Counted from the stretch's first letter, positions 1 through 10,976 are shown. The stretch is 23,165 nucleotides of DNA from Octopus sinensis (GCF_006345805.1 NW_021836699.1:1-23165), one strand, 5' to 3'. The notes: generated from the sequence alone by a model not told the origin. Translations and numbers: made by a program.

Positions 1-8
1 TAACATAT

Positions 9-40
9 TGTATAGATTTATATATATATAGATATATATC

Positions 41-92
<52 letters not shown>

Positions 93-142
93 AAGAGAGA
101 GAGAGAGGGGGGAGAGAGATATATAGATATAGATATAGATAT
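9..142. repeat. (TA)n/(GA)n compound microsatellite
   Basis: Visible dinucleotide runs. Confidence 0.95.
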
Positions 143-539
143 TACAACAGTGAATAATATATTAAATTCTAGACAAGAACAAGTTTTAAGATGCTTGCAT
201 ATGAGAAAATTCACTTTCGCTCAATATAAATGAGTTACAAATGATTGAAGAACTAAATTTTTTGATATATAACTGACAATAAGGAATAAACGTGTGATTA
301 TCTAATCAATATTTGGAATTGAAAATAGTTTGCGTCTAAATTAACGTACAACTCCACTTCATTGAACGCAAAGAAAATCAACATAAAGACTTTAAACAGT
401 TAAATCTCAAAGGATATTACAATGAAGACTAAAGAAAACGGTATTATTGTTAAGTTGCAATTGTAACGGTTACTAACCGATGTAGTTGAGACATATGTAG
501 GTCTATTTGAGGCTGTATTTATATATAAGAATGCATTAA

Positions 540-1119
540 CCTCTTACCCGGCAGAAACGAATATATGCGTTTTGACCGAAATCGTTTTTTTCTATCTCTG
601 GCGAGTTAACTCGTCAAAAGATAGACTCGCCAAAATCGACAGCAAACGAGTTCCTTTGTCTATTATAAACTCTTTTTTGACATATACGAGTATATTCGCT
701 CACTTTATACGTCTGGCAGTGACGATCTGCCACCTTTCGCTTGAGTAGGCATTGAAGACCGAGTATGATTTAGTCACCTGGAGACAGTCGAAGGGTTGGA
801 AGGCACATTTTATGAATAGAAGTATTCACTTTGTTTTTTACGTTGTTTTTTTATACCTTTATATTATAACCCCACCATGTGGATAACCAAATAAAATAAC
901 ATGATTTTTTGTAAAAGTAATATGATTTATGAAAAAAACGGGTTAACTCGTTTCTGCCCAAAGCGGTAATTTAAAATCAGTATTATTGAATTAAAATTCA
1001 TAATAAATAAGGTTTGAAATATACCTCGAAATCACCATTCAAAACATAGTAAAATAAAACAATTAAAAAATATGTCTGAAAAAATACATTTATTTTCAAA
1101 ATAATTGTTGGGTAAGGGG
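540..1119. mobile_element. Non-autonomous piggyBac-type DNA transposon (MITE), 580 bp
   Basis: TTAA at 536-539 and 1120-1123. Imperfect TIRs CCTCTTACCC.../...GGGTAAGGGG. Subterminal inverted repeat GGCAGAAACGA (550-560)/TCGTTTCTGCC (948-958). The paralogous empty site with one TTAA is at about 2066-2069. Confidence 0.88.
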
Positions 1120-1185
1120 TTAAAGGCTATGCTAATGCTACTTCGTTATAATCCTTAATGTAAACTTTTGTGATTAATAAAGGAA

Positions 1186-1400
1186 TCATTATTATTACTA
1201 TTATCATTATCATTGAGTGAGAGAGCAGTGCATGCCATCAAAATGACATTGGGGTAAAATATACAAAGCTCAGTACACCCAACTTGACTACCCATCTGAT
1301 AAGGGTACACCAGGTACATGCATCACAGCCATATGTGCGCGACTTAGTGATCTCATATGACGATAAACAGGACATGACCTTGTAGGCGGGGCCCAATTTC
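1186..1400 (-). mobile_element. Probable 3' fragment of a retroelement with a (TAA)n-like tail; second copy at about 2132-2350
   Basis: ATT-repeat run abutting a GC-richer 200-bp block that resembles a common octopus interspersed repeat (from memory, not searched). Confidence 0.4.
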
Positions 1401-1670
1401 AGGTGATTTTTGCAGTGTATATTTTATGGAATTGTTTATGGAAAAGTTAGTAAACAAACTGCTTAATGTAGTTCTTAGTTCACTTAGGTTTAGACTGACT
1501 TTCTCTGTAGATAGCTTTCTTTGAATGTTTTCTAAGTCTTCTCGGTTTTTGGTGGTATAGTCCAGATCAAACGAGGATGTTCTCGTTCGTAATTTTATCC
1601 GATGAGGTCGATGTGGGTTTCGTAGGAATGTTGTGTACCACATGAGGCAAATAGTAGAAATATAAAAATA

Positions 1671-2049
1671 AGGAAGGAAGCACTCCGTCGGTTACGACGA
1701 TGAGGGTTCCGGTTGATCCGAATCAACGGAACAGCCTGCTCGTGAAATTAACGTGTAAGTGGCTGAGCACTCCACAGACACGTGTACCCTTAACGTAGTT
1801 CTCGGGGATATTCAGCGCGACACAAAGAGTGACAAGGCCGGCCCTTTGAAATACAGGCACAGCAGAAACAGGAAGTAAGAGTGAGAGAAAGTTGTGGTGA
1901 AAGAGTACAGCAGGGATCACCACCATCGCTGCCGGAGCCTCGTGGAGCTTTTAGGTGTTTTCGCTCAATAAACACTCACAACGCCCGGTCTGGGAATCGA
2001 AACCGCGATCCTACGACCGCGAGTCCGCTGCCCTAACCACTGGGCCATT
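1671..2049 (-). mobile_element. tRNA-derived SINE with a (TTCC)n tail
   Basis: Minus strand starts AATGGCCCAGTGGTTAGGGCAGCGGACTCGCGGTCGTAGGATCGCGGTTTCGATTCC, giving Pol III A box TGGCCCAGTGG and B box GGTTTCGATTCC; it ends in short TTCC repeats. Confidence 0.88.
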
Positions 2050-2879
2050 TATATATAAGAATGCATTAAAGGCAATGCTAATGCTACTTCGTTATAATCC
2101 TTAATGTAAACTTTTGTGATTAATAAAAGAATCATTATTATTACTATTATCATTATCGTTGAGTGAGAGAGCAGTGCATGCCAACAAAATGACATTGGGG
2201 TAAAATATACAAAGCTCAGTACACCCAACTTGACTACCCATCTGATAAGGGTACACCAGGTACATGCATCACAGCCATATGTGCGCGACTTAGTGATATC
2301 ATATGAGGATAAGCAGGACATGACCTTGCAGGTGGGGCCCAATTTCAGGTGATTTTTGCAGTGTATATTTTATGGAATTGTTTATGGAAAAGTTAGTAAA
2401 CAAACTGCTTAATGTAGTTCTTAGTTCACTTAGTTTTAGACTGACTTTCTCTGTAGATAGCTTTCTTTGAATGTTTTCTAAGTCTTCTCGGTTTTGGTGG
2501 TATAGTCCAGATCAAAAGGCGGCGAGCTGGCAGAAACGTTAGCACGCCGGCCGAAATGCTTAGCCGTATTTCGTCTGCCGTTACGTTCTGAGTTCAAATT
2601 CCGCCGAGGTCGACTTTGCCTTTCATCCTTTCGGGGTCGATAAATTAAGTACCAGTTACGCACTGGGGTCGATATAATCGACTTAATCCGTTTGTCTGTC
2701 CTTGTTTGTCCTCTCTGTGTTTAGCCCCTTGTGGGCAGTAAAGAAATAGGTATAGTCCAGATCAAACGAGGATGTTCTCGTTGGTAATTTTATCCGATGA
2801 GGTCGATGTAGGTTTCGTAGGAATTTTGTGTACCACGTGAGGCAAATAGTAGAAATATAAAAATATACAAGGAACGAAG
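2047..2879 (+). repeat. Copy B of the ~580-bp direct duplication (interrupted by the SINE at 2517-2748)
   Basis: Near-identical to 517-539 plus 1124-1680. Confidence 0.9.
2517..2748 (+). mobile_element. Full-length SINE with a Meta-domain-like core
   Basis: Starts GGCGGCGAGCTGGCAGAA; B box GAGTTCAAATT; core GCCTTTCATCCTTTCGGGGTCGATAAATTAAGTACC. Perfect 18-bp TSD GGTATAGTCCAGATCAAA at 2499-2516 and 2749-2766; empty site at 1554-1571. Confidence 0.92.
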
Positions 2880-3177
2880 ATACTGAAGATTCAGTATACA
2901 CCACGTGTGTACTGAAATATACATCAATATTTAAAAATATATGTCAAACTCTACTTCTGTAAGCAGTTGTAGTTATGTAGTATGTCAATATTTTTGTATG
3001 CAGTGGAAATTAACCAAATATAAGCAAATTGTAAATATCTTGCAATCTTGCAACTGCTGCGATAATTATGAACTGTTAATTGAACGGCAGATGTGTATTT
3101 TTATATAACTGTTCTTTTTTGCCAAGAGTTTGTGTAGATGTATGTGTGTGTTTAATAACGTAGGTAACTGGCGCGCA

Positions 3178-3184
3178 AACACAC

Positions 3185-3256
<72 letters not shown>
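3178..3256. repeat. (CA)n microsatellite
   Basis: Visible repeat. Confidence 0.95.
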
Positions 3257-3259
<3 letters not shown>

Positions 3260-3308
3260 CATTCATATACAAAATGTGACGATAAGCACACATACACTCT
3301 TACATGCA

Positions 3309-3723
3309 TATTTCTTTATTACCCACAAGGGGTTAAACATAGAGGGACAAAGAAGGACAGACAAAATGATTAAGTCAATTACATAGACCCCAGTGCGTAA
3401 CTGGTACTTAATTTATTGATCCCGAAAGGATGAAAAGCAAAGTCGACCTCGGCGGAATTCGAACTCAGAACGTAAAGACAGACGAAATACCTATTTCTTT
3501 ACTACCCAAAAGGGGCTAAACACAGAGAAGACAAACAAGGACAGACAAACGAATTAAGTCGATTATATCGACCCTAGTGCGTAACTGGTACTTAATTTAT
3601 CGACCCCGAAAGGATGAAAGGCAAAGTCGACCTCGGCAGAATCTGAACTCAGAACATAAAGACAGACGAAATACCGCTAGGCATTTCGCCCGGTGTGCTA
3701 ACGTTTCTGCTACCTCGCCGCCT
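3309..3723 (-). mobile_element. Head-to-tail dimer of the same SINE family as 2517-2748 (full copy 3723-3493 plus 5'-truncated copy 3491-3309)
   Basis: Reverse-complement match to 2517-2748 twice. Flanked by an imperfect 16-bp TSD TACACTCTTACATGCA (3293-3308)/TATACTCTTACATACA (3724-3739). Confidence 0.88.
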
Positions 3724-4309
3724 TATACTCTTACATACAGTCACATACATATAGTAAGAGAGATACACACAGGCATACATTCACGCATGTCAGTCGTCAA
3801 ATGTGTACATGTATGTGTAGATGTGTGTATGTTTAATAACGTTCCTGATGCGGAAACACACACAAAGTCAGAGAGACATACACACTCGTATACCCATACA
3901 CGTACACTCAGGGACACATACACATTCATATATGTGACGTTGTCGTCGTCGTGGTGCTTTGAAATGTCCTCTTCTATCTCATACGTTTCGAACGCGCTAA
4001 CACACACACAATACTAAAATAATAAAAGACAAAGAATATAATACAACAGTTTTTGATAGTGGGAGGAATGTAAATAGTGTATTTAAATAGACGGAGTGCA
4101 AAATTTTTTTTAATAAGTAAGGTAATGTTGTAGGGAGAACGTATAAATAGTGTGAAGACCTAGATATTTACGCACGACAAAAATTGAAATACACTGAGGT
4201 CAATTTTCAGGGAGCAAGAGAGAGATAGAGAGTGAAAGAAACAGATATCTATATATATGAAAGTGAGAAAAAGAAATAGAAGAGATATATAGAGAGAAAT
4301 GGGACAGAC

Positions 4310-4697
4310 TCGGTTCAAAATTGAAGTTTTTAGAGAAAAACCCATGTGAAATAATTTCCCCCTGTTTCTCGCTTTACGCGGGAGCTCTGGGCCTAATGTT
4401 TATAGTGCATGACCATCCGCGGCTCATAAGTAATGTGATTAAAGTTTGGTGAAAATCGGTCGAAAACTCTAGAAATACTCTTTTACTCTTTACTCTTGTT
4501 TCAGTCATTTGACTGCGGCCATGCTGGAGCACCGCCTTTAGTCGAGCAAATCGACCCCGGGACTTATTCTTTTGTAAGCCCAGTACTTATTCTATCGGTC
4601 TATTTTGCCGAACCGCTAAGTGACGGGGACATAAACACACCAGCATCGGTTGTCAAACAATGCTAGGGGACAAACACAGACACACTAACGCACACAA

Positions 4698-4734
<37 letters not shown>

Positions 4735-4942
4735 CATATATACGACAGGCTTCTTTCAGTTTCCGTCTACCAAATCCACTCATAAGGCATTGGTCGGCCC
4801 GGGGCTATAGCAGAAGACACTTGCCCAAGATGCCACGCAGTGGGACTGAACCCAGAACCACGTGGTTGGTTAGCAAGCTACTTACCACACAGCCACTCCT
4901 CCGCCTATTACACACACAAACATCCTTTGTTTTATATATATA
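4310..4942 (+). mobile_element. Possible non-autonomous Helitron-like remnant, interrupted by the SINE at 4476-4906
   Basis: AAAGTTTGGTGAAAATCGGTCGAA followed after the SINE by ACACACAAACATCCTTTGTTTTATATATA resembles ends of Lep1/DINE-like elements; boundaries uncertain. Confidence 0.25.
4476..4906 (-). mobile_element. Full-length tRNA-derived CORE-like octopus SINE with internal (TA)n(TG)n microsatellite
   Basis: Minus strand GGCGGAGGAGTGGCTGTGTGGTAAG...GGGTTCAGTCCC (A and B boxes), CORE-like ATCTTGGGCAAGTGTCTT, (AGAGTAA)n tail; related copies at 5725, 7143 and 9545. Confidence 0.9.
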
Positions 4943-5109
4943 TTCGTGTGTGTGTGTATGCAGAGAGATAGATGGATGGATGAATGGATAGACAGATAGA
5001 TTGATAGATAGATATTTAGAAAGGTAGGTAGATAAAATAGATTAATAAACAGTTCTGCAGAGAGACAGGAAGGTAAAGAGACAAACAGAGCTATACAGAT
5101 AAATATAGA

Positions 5110-5172
5110 TATGTATGTGTATGTGTGTGTGTGTGTGTGGTGTGTGTGTGTGTGGTGTGTGTGTGTGTGTGG
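5110..5172. repeat. (TG)n microsatellite
   Basis: Visible repeat. Confidence 0.9.
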
Positions 5173-5584
5173 TTTGCGTGCTCGTTAAGGGAAGTAAACA
5201 GACTAAATGTAATTGCCACTTGACATTATAAACAGCAACTGAAATAGAAAAGCAAAACTTTGGAAGTCTAATATCATTGCGTCTACATCTTTACAGTTAT
5301 TTTATGATCGATAGACTTCATAAGAGTATATAATAATGCTTATGTATGTATATATGTATGAGTTGTGGAAGGATTCCGACCACCCCTCAGGTGACTAATG
5401 GTGGACTGTCTCATTGTTATAAAACAAAGAACTATGAGTGATTGGTAGTTCGGGTTGGTAGCAGTTCACTGTGAGCCGTCTTTTGGGAACGTTGGATCTC
5501 GTGTTATAATAACAATAGTGCGTCGTGTAAATACTTTATTTCCCCTAGTTTTGTTATAGTATATATTCAATTTACAAGGATATA

Positions 5585-5630
5585 AATATATGTGTATATG
5601 TATGCATATATGTATGCATATATGTATGCT

Positions 5631-5662
<32 letters not shown>

Positions 5663-5720
5663 TGTATGTATGTATGTATGTATGTATGTATGAATGTATG
5701 TATCTATCTATCTATCTATC
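5585..5720. repeat. (TATG)n/(TATC)n microsatellite
   Basis: Visible repeat. Confidence 0.9.
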
Positions 5721-5724
5721 GATA

Positions 5725-5957
5725 TATTCTTTTATTCTTTTACTTGTTTCAGTCATTTGACTGCGGCCATGCTGGACCACGCCTTTAGTCGAACAAATTG
5801 ACCCCAGGACTTATTCGTTGTAAGCCTAGTAATTATTCAATAGGTTTCTTTTGCCGAGCCGCTAGCTTACGGGGACGTAAACACACCGACATCGGTTGTC
5901 AATCGATGGTGGAGAGACAAACACAGACACACAAATACATACATATACATACATATG

Positions 5958-6039
<82 letters not shown>

Positions 6040-6139
6040 CAGGCTTCGTTCAGTTTCCGTTTGCCAAATCCACTCACAAGGCTTTGGTCGGCCCTTTGGT
6101 AGATGTCACGAATGGGACTGAACCCGGAACCATGTGGTC
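5725..6139 (-). mobile_element. 5'-truncated copy of the CORE-like SINE
   Basis: Colinear with 4476-4870 (TTTCAGTCATTTGACTGCGGCCATGCTGG...GGGACTGAACCCGGAACCATGTGG). Confidence 0.88.
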
Positions 6140-6445
6140 GGGATGTCAAAAGAACAGGAGTTACGTTATCACCCTCTTTGGCTTACAGTTGTTTCTGCTA
6201 TCATAAGCAGTTCACTCAGAACTGAGCGATTGTGCGATATCCGCTCAGAATTCTCTTGACGTTTTACTCTAAATCATAAGTATATCTAGTTCTTACAACC
6301 GGCTATTAGTATCGCTTTGCCTAAGATAAAGCACATATACACAAACACATATATGTGTGTGCGCGCGCTCATGTGCGTGTGTGAGGAAGCGAGAGAACTC
6401 AGAGAGAATGTTTATGCGTGCGCACTACATATCTCAGATAATAAT

Positions 6446-6574
6446 CCTTTCTGCTATAGGCACAAGGCCTGAAGTTTTTGGGGAGAGGACATGTCGATTG
6501 CATCGACTCCATTGTTACTCTGCTACTTATGACCCCAAATAATGAAAGGCAAAGTTGACCTCGGCAGAGTTTGA
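6446..6574 (-). mobile_element. 5'-truncated Meta-type SINE with a different 3' tail
   Basis: ATGAAAGGCAAAGTTGACCTCGGC core; perfect 19-bp TSD ACATATCTCAGATAATAAT at 6427-6445 and 6575-6593. Confidence 0.85.
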
Positions 6575-7142
6575 ACATATCTCAGATAATAATACCAATA
6601 TTTTTTCTCCGCACCTTCTAGTATTTGCCTTTTGTAAATGATGTTTTGCACAAACATCGCCTAAACTATTTCTGAACGAATATGTATGACTGAAGTACCA
6701 TCATTTAAAAATAGTCTCCATTATACCTACATGGTGTGTACGTTCGGTGTTTAAGGTTTGTCTGGATGGAAGTGATTGCCATATCGTAGTTAATTGCTTC
6801 AGCATAACGTAACTTATTAAGTAGGCATGTGTTTCTATTTCCGCATATTCACTTAACCGAAGATAAATGCATGATAAACACGTTTAAAAGCTTATTTCAG
6901 TTATCTGGCAAGATCTAAATGGAAATTATATTCTACATGGTAAGCATAAATGTAAAATAGGAAAAAAGAACAGCAGACACACCATCGACTGACATAAACA
7001 ATTACACAACAGAACGCTTGTAATTCTTTATATTGAAGTTATGTTATATAAATGATGTTTTACTTCTATTTTAAATTAATTATTTCATTTTCACAAATAT
7101 CACACTCATCAGTCACTAGGTAATTTATACTAATGTTCAGTA

Positions 7143-7500
7143 GGCGCAGAAGTGGCTATGTGGTAAGAAGTTTGCATCCCAACCTTATGGTTCCGGGTTC
7201 AGTCCCACTGCGCAGCACTTTATGTTGGTGTCTTTTACTATAGCCCCGGGTGACCAAAGCCTTATGAGTGTGTGTGTTTATATCTATGTTTGTTCCCCTA
7301 CCACTGCTTGACAACCGGTGTTGGCGCATTTGCCTCCCAGTACACCAGCAATTCGGCAAATGAAACCGATGGAATAAGTACCAAACTTAATAAAATATAA
7401 GTCCTGGAGTTGCTTTGTTCAACTAAAAAACCTTCAAGTTGATGCCCCAGCTTGGCCGCAGTCACATGACTGAAACGTGTAAACAAATAAAAAAAAAGAT
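7143..7500 (+). mobile_element. CORE-like SINE, internally deleted and diverged
   Basis: GGCGCAGAAGTGGCTATGTGGTAAG...GGGTTCAGTCCCACTGCG head; GGCCGCAGTCACATGACTGAAAC plus A-rich tail. Confidence 0.88.
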
Positions 7501-7663
7501 TAAATATAAAAGATAATGTTCTATATAAAGTATGAATCAAACCTAGAATTTGAGAAAATGAAATAGAAGGCGAGCTGTCGAGTAAACGGATTTATGAAGG
7601 CAAAGATCGACAAGGAATTAAAATCAGGTCATGGGAAGGGCTGGCCTACGTAAACTGCAAAAC
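7496..7663 (+). repeat. Left copy of a ~165-bp diverged inverted repeat (partner 10449-10616)
   Basis: AAGATTAAATATAAAAGATAATGTTC...CAAACCTAGAATTTGAGAAAATGAAATAGAAGGC...GGCCTACGTAAACT matches the reverse complement of 10449-10616 at roughly 80% by eye. Confidence 0.85.
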
Positions 7664-7714
7664 GTCGTCACAGACGAACGCATATTGCTTGAACATGGTG
7701 TAGCGTTTAGTGTT

Positions 7715-7910
7715 AGAGAAACCGGCAAGGACAGCCGTCGTGTGGACAGATGAATGAAGAAGGGCGGAGGGATGCAGGGCAACGCAGAATTGGTAAACGA
7801 CTGTGGAGGAAGACTTGACCGAGATTGATGTCAACAGGGAAAGAATGGCGTAGTTTGGAGAACTCTCATTGTCTGATACTCTTTGAGCGAACGGAGATAG
7901 CATCATCATG
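7715..7910 (+). mobile_element. Decayed 3' end of an RTE-clade LINE
   Basis: Frameshifted peptides NW*TTVEEDLTEI and EWRSLENSHC resemble the RTE C-terminal W..TVEEDL and WRSLV.ALC motifs; short CAT-repeat tail. Confidence 0.45.
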
Positions 7911-8157
7911 TATGAATGTATGTATGTTTATGTACATATACGTGTGGGTGTATATACATACAGGCATACATTATGTGTGTGTGTGTGTGTCTATATGTGT
8001 GTATGAATGTATACACATAATATAAGTACCATCATAATGTTTTATTCCGTAAAACAAGATACTGTTCTGCTTCTATCTCTAGTCAACCCCCCACTCTTTG
8101 CCTTCACCTCCTGTTTCTCTGTGTTTTCTGTTCTGTTTTGTTTCAAGAGGTTTCATT

Positions 8158-8173
8158 ACACACACACGCACGC

Positions 8174-8228
<55 letters not shown>

Positions 8229-8395
8229 GCACACACACACATATCTGCATACATACATATACAAATTATAGATTGATAGATATAAATATATATACATATA
8301 CACATGTATATATATATATGTATGTGTGCGTGTGTATGTGTGTGTATGTGTATGTGTCTGTGTGTGTGTGTGTGTATGTGTGTGTGTGCGTGTAT
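8158..8395. repeat. (CA)n-(TA)n-(TG)n compound microsatellite
   Basis: Visible repeats. Confidence 0.9.
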
Positions 8396-8944
8396 TGTAT
8401 TCTTCCTTTATAGAGATTCACGATGTTAGCAATGCAATGTTTCTCTCTTGTCTCGAAATCCGAAATGCTTGTTTTCTGTCTTCTTGTGAGGTAACAAATA
8501 AATGGCTGCCATTCAACATATAGACGCATCCATTGTTCGTTTACGATTAATTTTCCAACGAATTTGCTTTCAATACGTTCATGTTATATTTGCTTTTATT
8601 TTCTTTTTTTTTTCTGATGTGTATTTCTTATTTTATTTTCAATTTCTTATGTTTGTTTATTATGTTTGTGATGTGTTTTATCTTTCTCTCAATCTCTACT
8701 TTTTGAATCCCATTCTTTCCCATCTTTCACTCCTCATTGTCATCTCCCTTCCTTTTATATACATTTCCCAGTCTCTTTCTCTCACAGAGTCTCTCTCTCT
8801 TCTCTCTCTCTCTCTCTCTCTTATCTCTCTACCCTTCTCTTCTGTTTTATATGCCTGTCTTTCTCCTATCTTTTACTGTCTTCACAATATTTCATTTATG
8901 TACAATTGATAGAAGAAAGCCTGCTTATGTGAACACAGAAATGA

Positions 8945-8946
<2 letters not shown>

Positions 8947-9011
<65 letters not shown>

Positions 9012-9129
9012 TATACACATATATATGTATATACATATATATATGTATATACATATATATATATATACACACGCCGAAAAATACACACACTCACAGGTAT
9101 ATGCACACACATATGTGTCTATGTATGAG

Positions 9130-9164
<35 letters not shown>

Positions 9165-9180
9165 AATATATGTATGTATG

Positions 9181-9225
<45 letters not shown>

Positions 9226-9265
9226 ATATATGTATATATATATATGTGTGTGTGTGTATGTATGT
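8947..9265. repeat. (TA)n-rich compound microsatellite
   Basis: Visible repeats. Confidence 0.95.
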
Positions 9266-9544
9266 ATCCGGTATTACACACACAGAAAAAGCATCTAGAA
9301 ATGGACGAGAATTTTACTTAAGGAATGCTTTTCGGTTCAATAGAACACTCGTGCATTTCTCGTGAAAACTTATCTTTCATGCATGAAATGACGTTATTTC
9401 CTTAATGCACTGCGTTACTGACAGGCGCTCAATTCCAGGAGTAAATATCGTTATTTATTGTTTAAACTATGCAGAGCCGATGCAAGTGTATTAAATAAGG
9501 ATATAGAATTAAGTAAATATCAAAACGTTTGAAACTATTAACAT

Positions 9545-10232
9545 TTATCTTCTCCTTCTTTCAGTTAGCGAGGTGCTGCTTTGAAGGGATCCAGTCGAAC
9601 AGATCGATTTTAGAATTCATTCTTTTATGTTTGGTGCTTATTCTATCAGTCTGTTTTGCCGGACTGCTAATTTATGAGGGTGTACAGAAACCATCGCATA
9701 TTGTCAAGCGGTAGTTGAGAGGGAGACACAAACAGGCACAAGTGCGCGTACACACATACACGCACATATATACACACACGCTCGTACGACAGACCTCCAT
9801 ACAGTTTTCGTTCACCAGATACATTCACAAGCGTTTGGTTTAAATAGGATCCGGGTAAAAACCTTCTAGAATTCTATGCATAGCTCGTCCACACTTATTG
9901 GACAACCAAATAAGTAGTATAAAGGGGAATGCACTACACTCTTTATTTTAAAATCACTACGATCGTTTCGACACCTTTTTACACACATACATATATAGGT
10001 ATACATATCTATATATATTTATATGTATATTCATGTCTATATAATATGTATATGCGCGTATATGTATAGATATATACATGTGCATAGTTATATGTAGATA
10101 TAAGTATAAAAATGTGTGTACAGATACGTACATGTGTGTGTGCGTGCTTGTAGAAAACATCCAGGTGCCATGCAAAAGGGATTGAACCCGAAACGACATG
10201 GATACAAAGCAAACTTCTTAATCTCACGGCCA
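9545..10232 (-). mobile_element. Old diverged CORE-like SINE split by an insertion (about 9841-10148)
   Basis: 9545-9840 matches the SINE body (CTTATTCTATCAGTCTGTTTTGCCG, TTCACAAGCGTTTGGT); 10150-10232 matches the head (GGGATTGAACCCGAAAC...TTAATCTCACGGCCA). Confidence 0.65.
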
Positions 10233-10448
10233 TTATTGGTTTCAAATTTTCACTCACGTGGAGGGGTTAGATCGATTATATCGACCCCATATTAAGCTTC
10301 TACTTTATTTTATTAAATTTGCCATAAAGGCAGTACATAGAGTAAGGCAGCTTGCGGGCTGGACGGGGGCATTAATGAGATGAATGATAATGATACAAGG
10401 ATGATAAGGACGGGAGAAGACGAAAAGCGCCTGCCGACTTCTGCGTAA

Positions 10449-10616
10449 GTCTTGTAGTTTACGTAGGCCAACACTTTTCGTGACTTCATTTTAATTCCTT
10501 GTAAATCTTGGCCTTCATAATCCCGTTTACTCGGCAGATTGCCTTCTATTTCATTTTATCAAATTCTAGGTTTGGTCAATATTTTATATTGAACATTATC
10601 TTTTATGTTTAATCTT
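10449..10616 (-). repeat. Right copy of the ~165-bp inverted repeat
   Basis: Reverse complement of 7496-7663. Confidence 0.85.
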
Positions 10617-10765
10617 CTCCGTAACCGACGGAGTGCCACGATATACATACCCACACACACACGCATTGAGCGCTATAATAATACATTTGTTTGTTTGTAC
10701 TCCACCTGCCTTCGTCTTTTGTTTATTTTCGTAAACCTTCCCGTTATATATATATGTATATATAT

Positions 10766-10858
10766 AGTAGTAGTAGTAGTAGTAGCAGCAGCAGCAATAG
10801 TAGTCGTAGTAGCAGTAGTAGCAGCAACAGCAGCAGCAGCAGTAGTAGTAGTAGTAGT
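10766..10858. repeat. (GTA)n/(GCA)n trinucleotide microsatellite
   Basis: Visible repeat. Confidence 0.9.
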
Positions 10859-10976
10859 TGGCAGAATCGTTATCACGCTGGGCGAAAATCAAGAACCAGT
10901 CGGACACTGGATTCGATGTAAGTCGAACTGATCTGCACATCCGAAATTGCTGGCCTCGTGCGAAAATTTGAAACCG
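10857..10976 (+). mobile_element. Internally deleted, diverged Meta-type SINE fragment
   Basis: GTTGGCAGAATCGTTATCACGCTGGGCGAAA resembles the head at 2527-2558; later ACTGGATTCGATGTAAGTCGA resembles 2662-2681. Confidence 0.55.

Larger units (their letters stand above)
517..1680 (+). repeat. Copy A of a ~580-bp direct duplication (interrupted by the MITE at 540-1119)
   Basis: ATTTATATATAAGAATGCATTAA...AAGGAAGGAAG aligns with 2047-2879 once both insertions are removed; about 15 differences by manual count. Confidence 0.9.

Noticed and set aside
1353-1643. 96-aa minus-strand ORF
   Set aside because: No recognisable domain, spans a repeat boundary, and the duplicate copy is frameshifted and SINE-interrupted.
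1975-2049. tRNA gene-like A and B boxes
   Set aside because: No complete cloverleaf; continues into a SINE body and tail.
5364-5576. Possible solo LTR (TG...CA), sharing AGCAGTTCACT with 6144-6296
   Set aside because: No target-site duplication at either candidate, and similarity is limited to about 11 bp.
7075-7120. Minus-strand CTGATGAG...GAAA hammerhead-like motif
   Set aside because: Stem II barely pairs and there is no suitable NUH site or stem I.
8007-9365. Many HT/YI/CV-rich ORFs here and throughout the window
   Set aside because: Translations of di- and tetranucleotide microsatellites.
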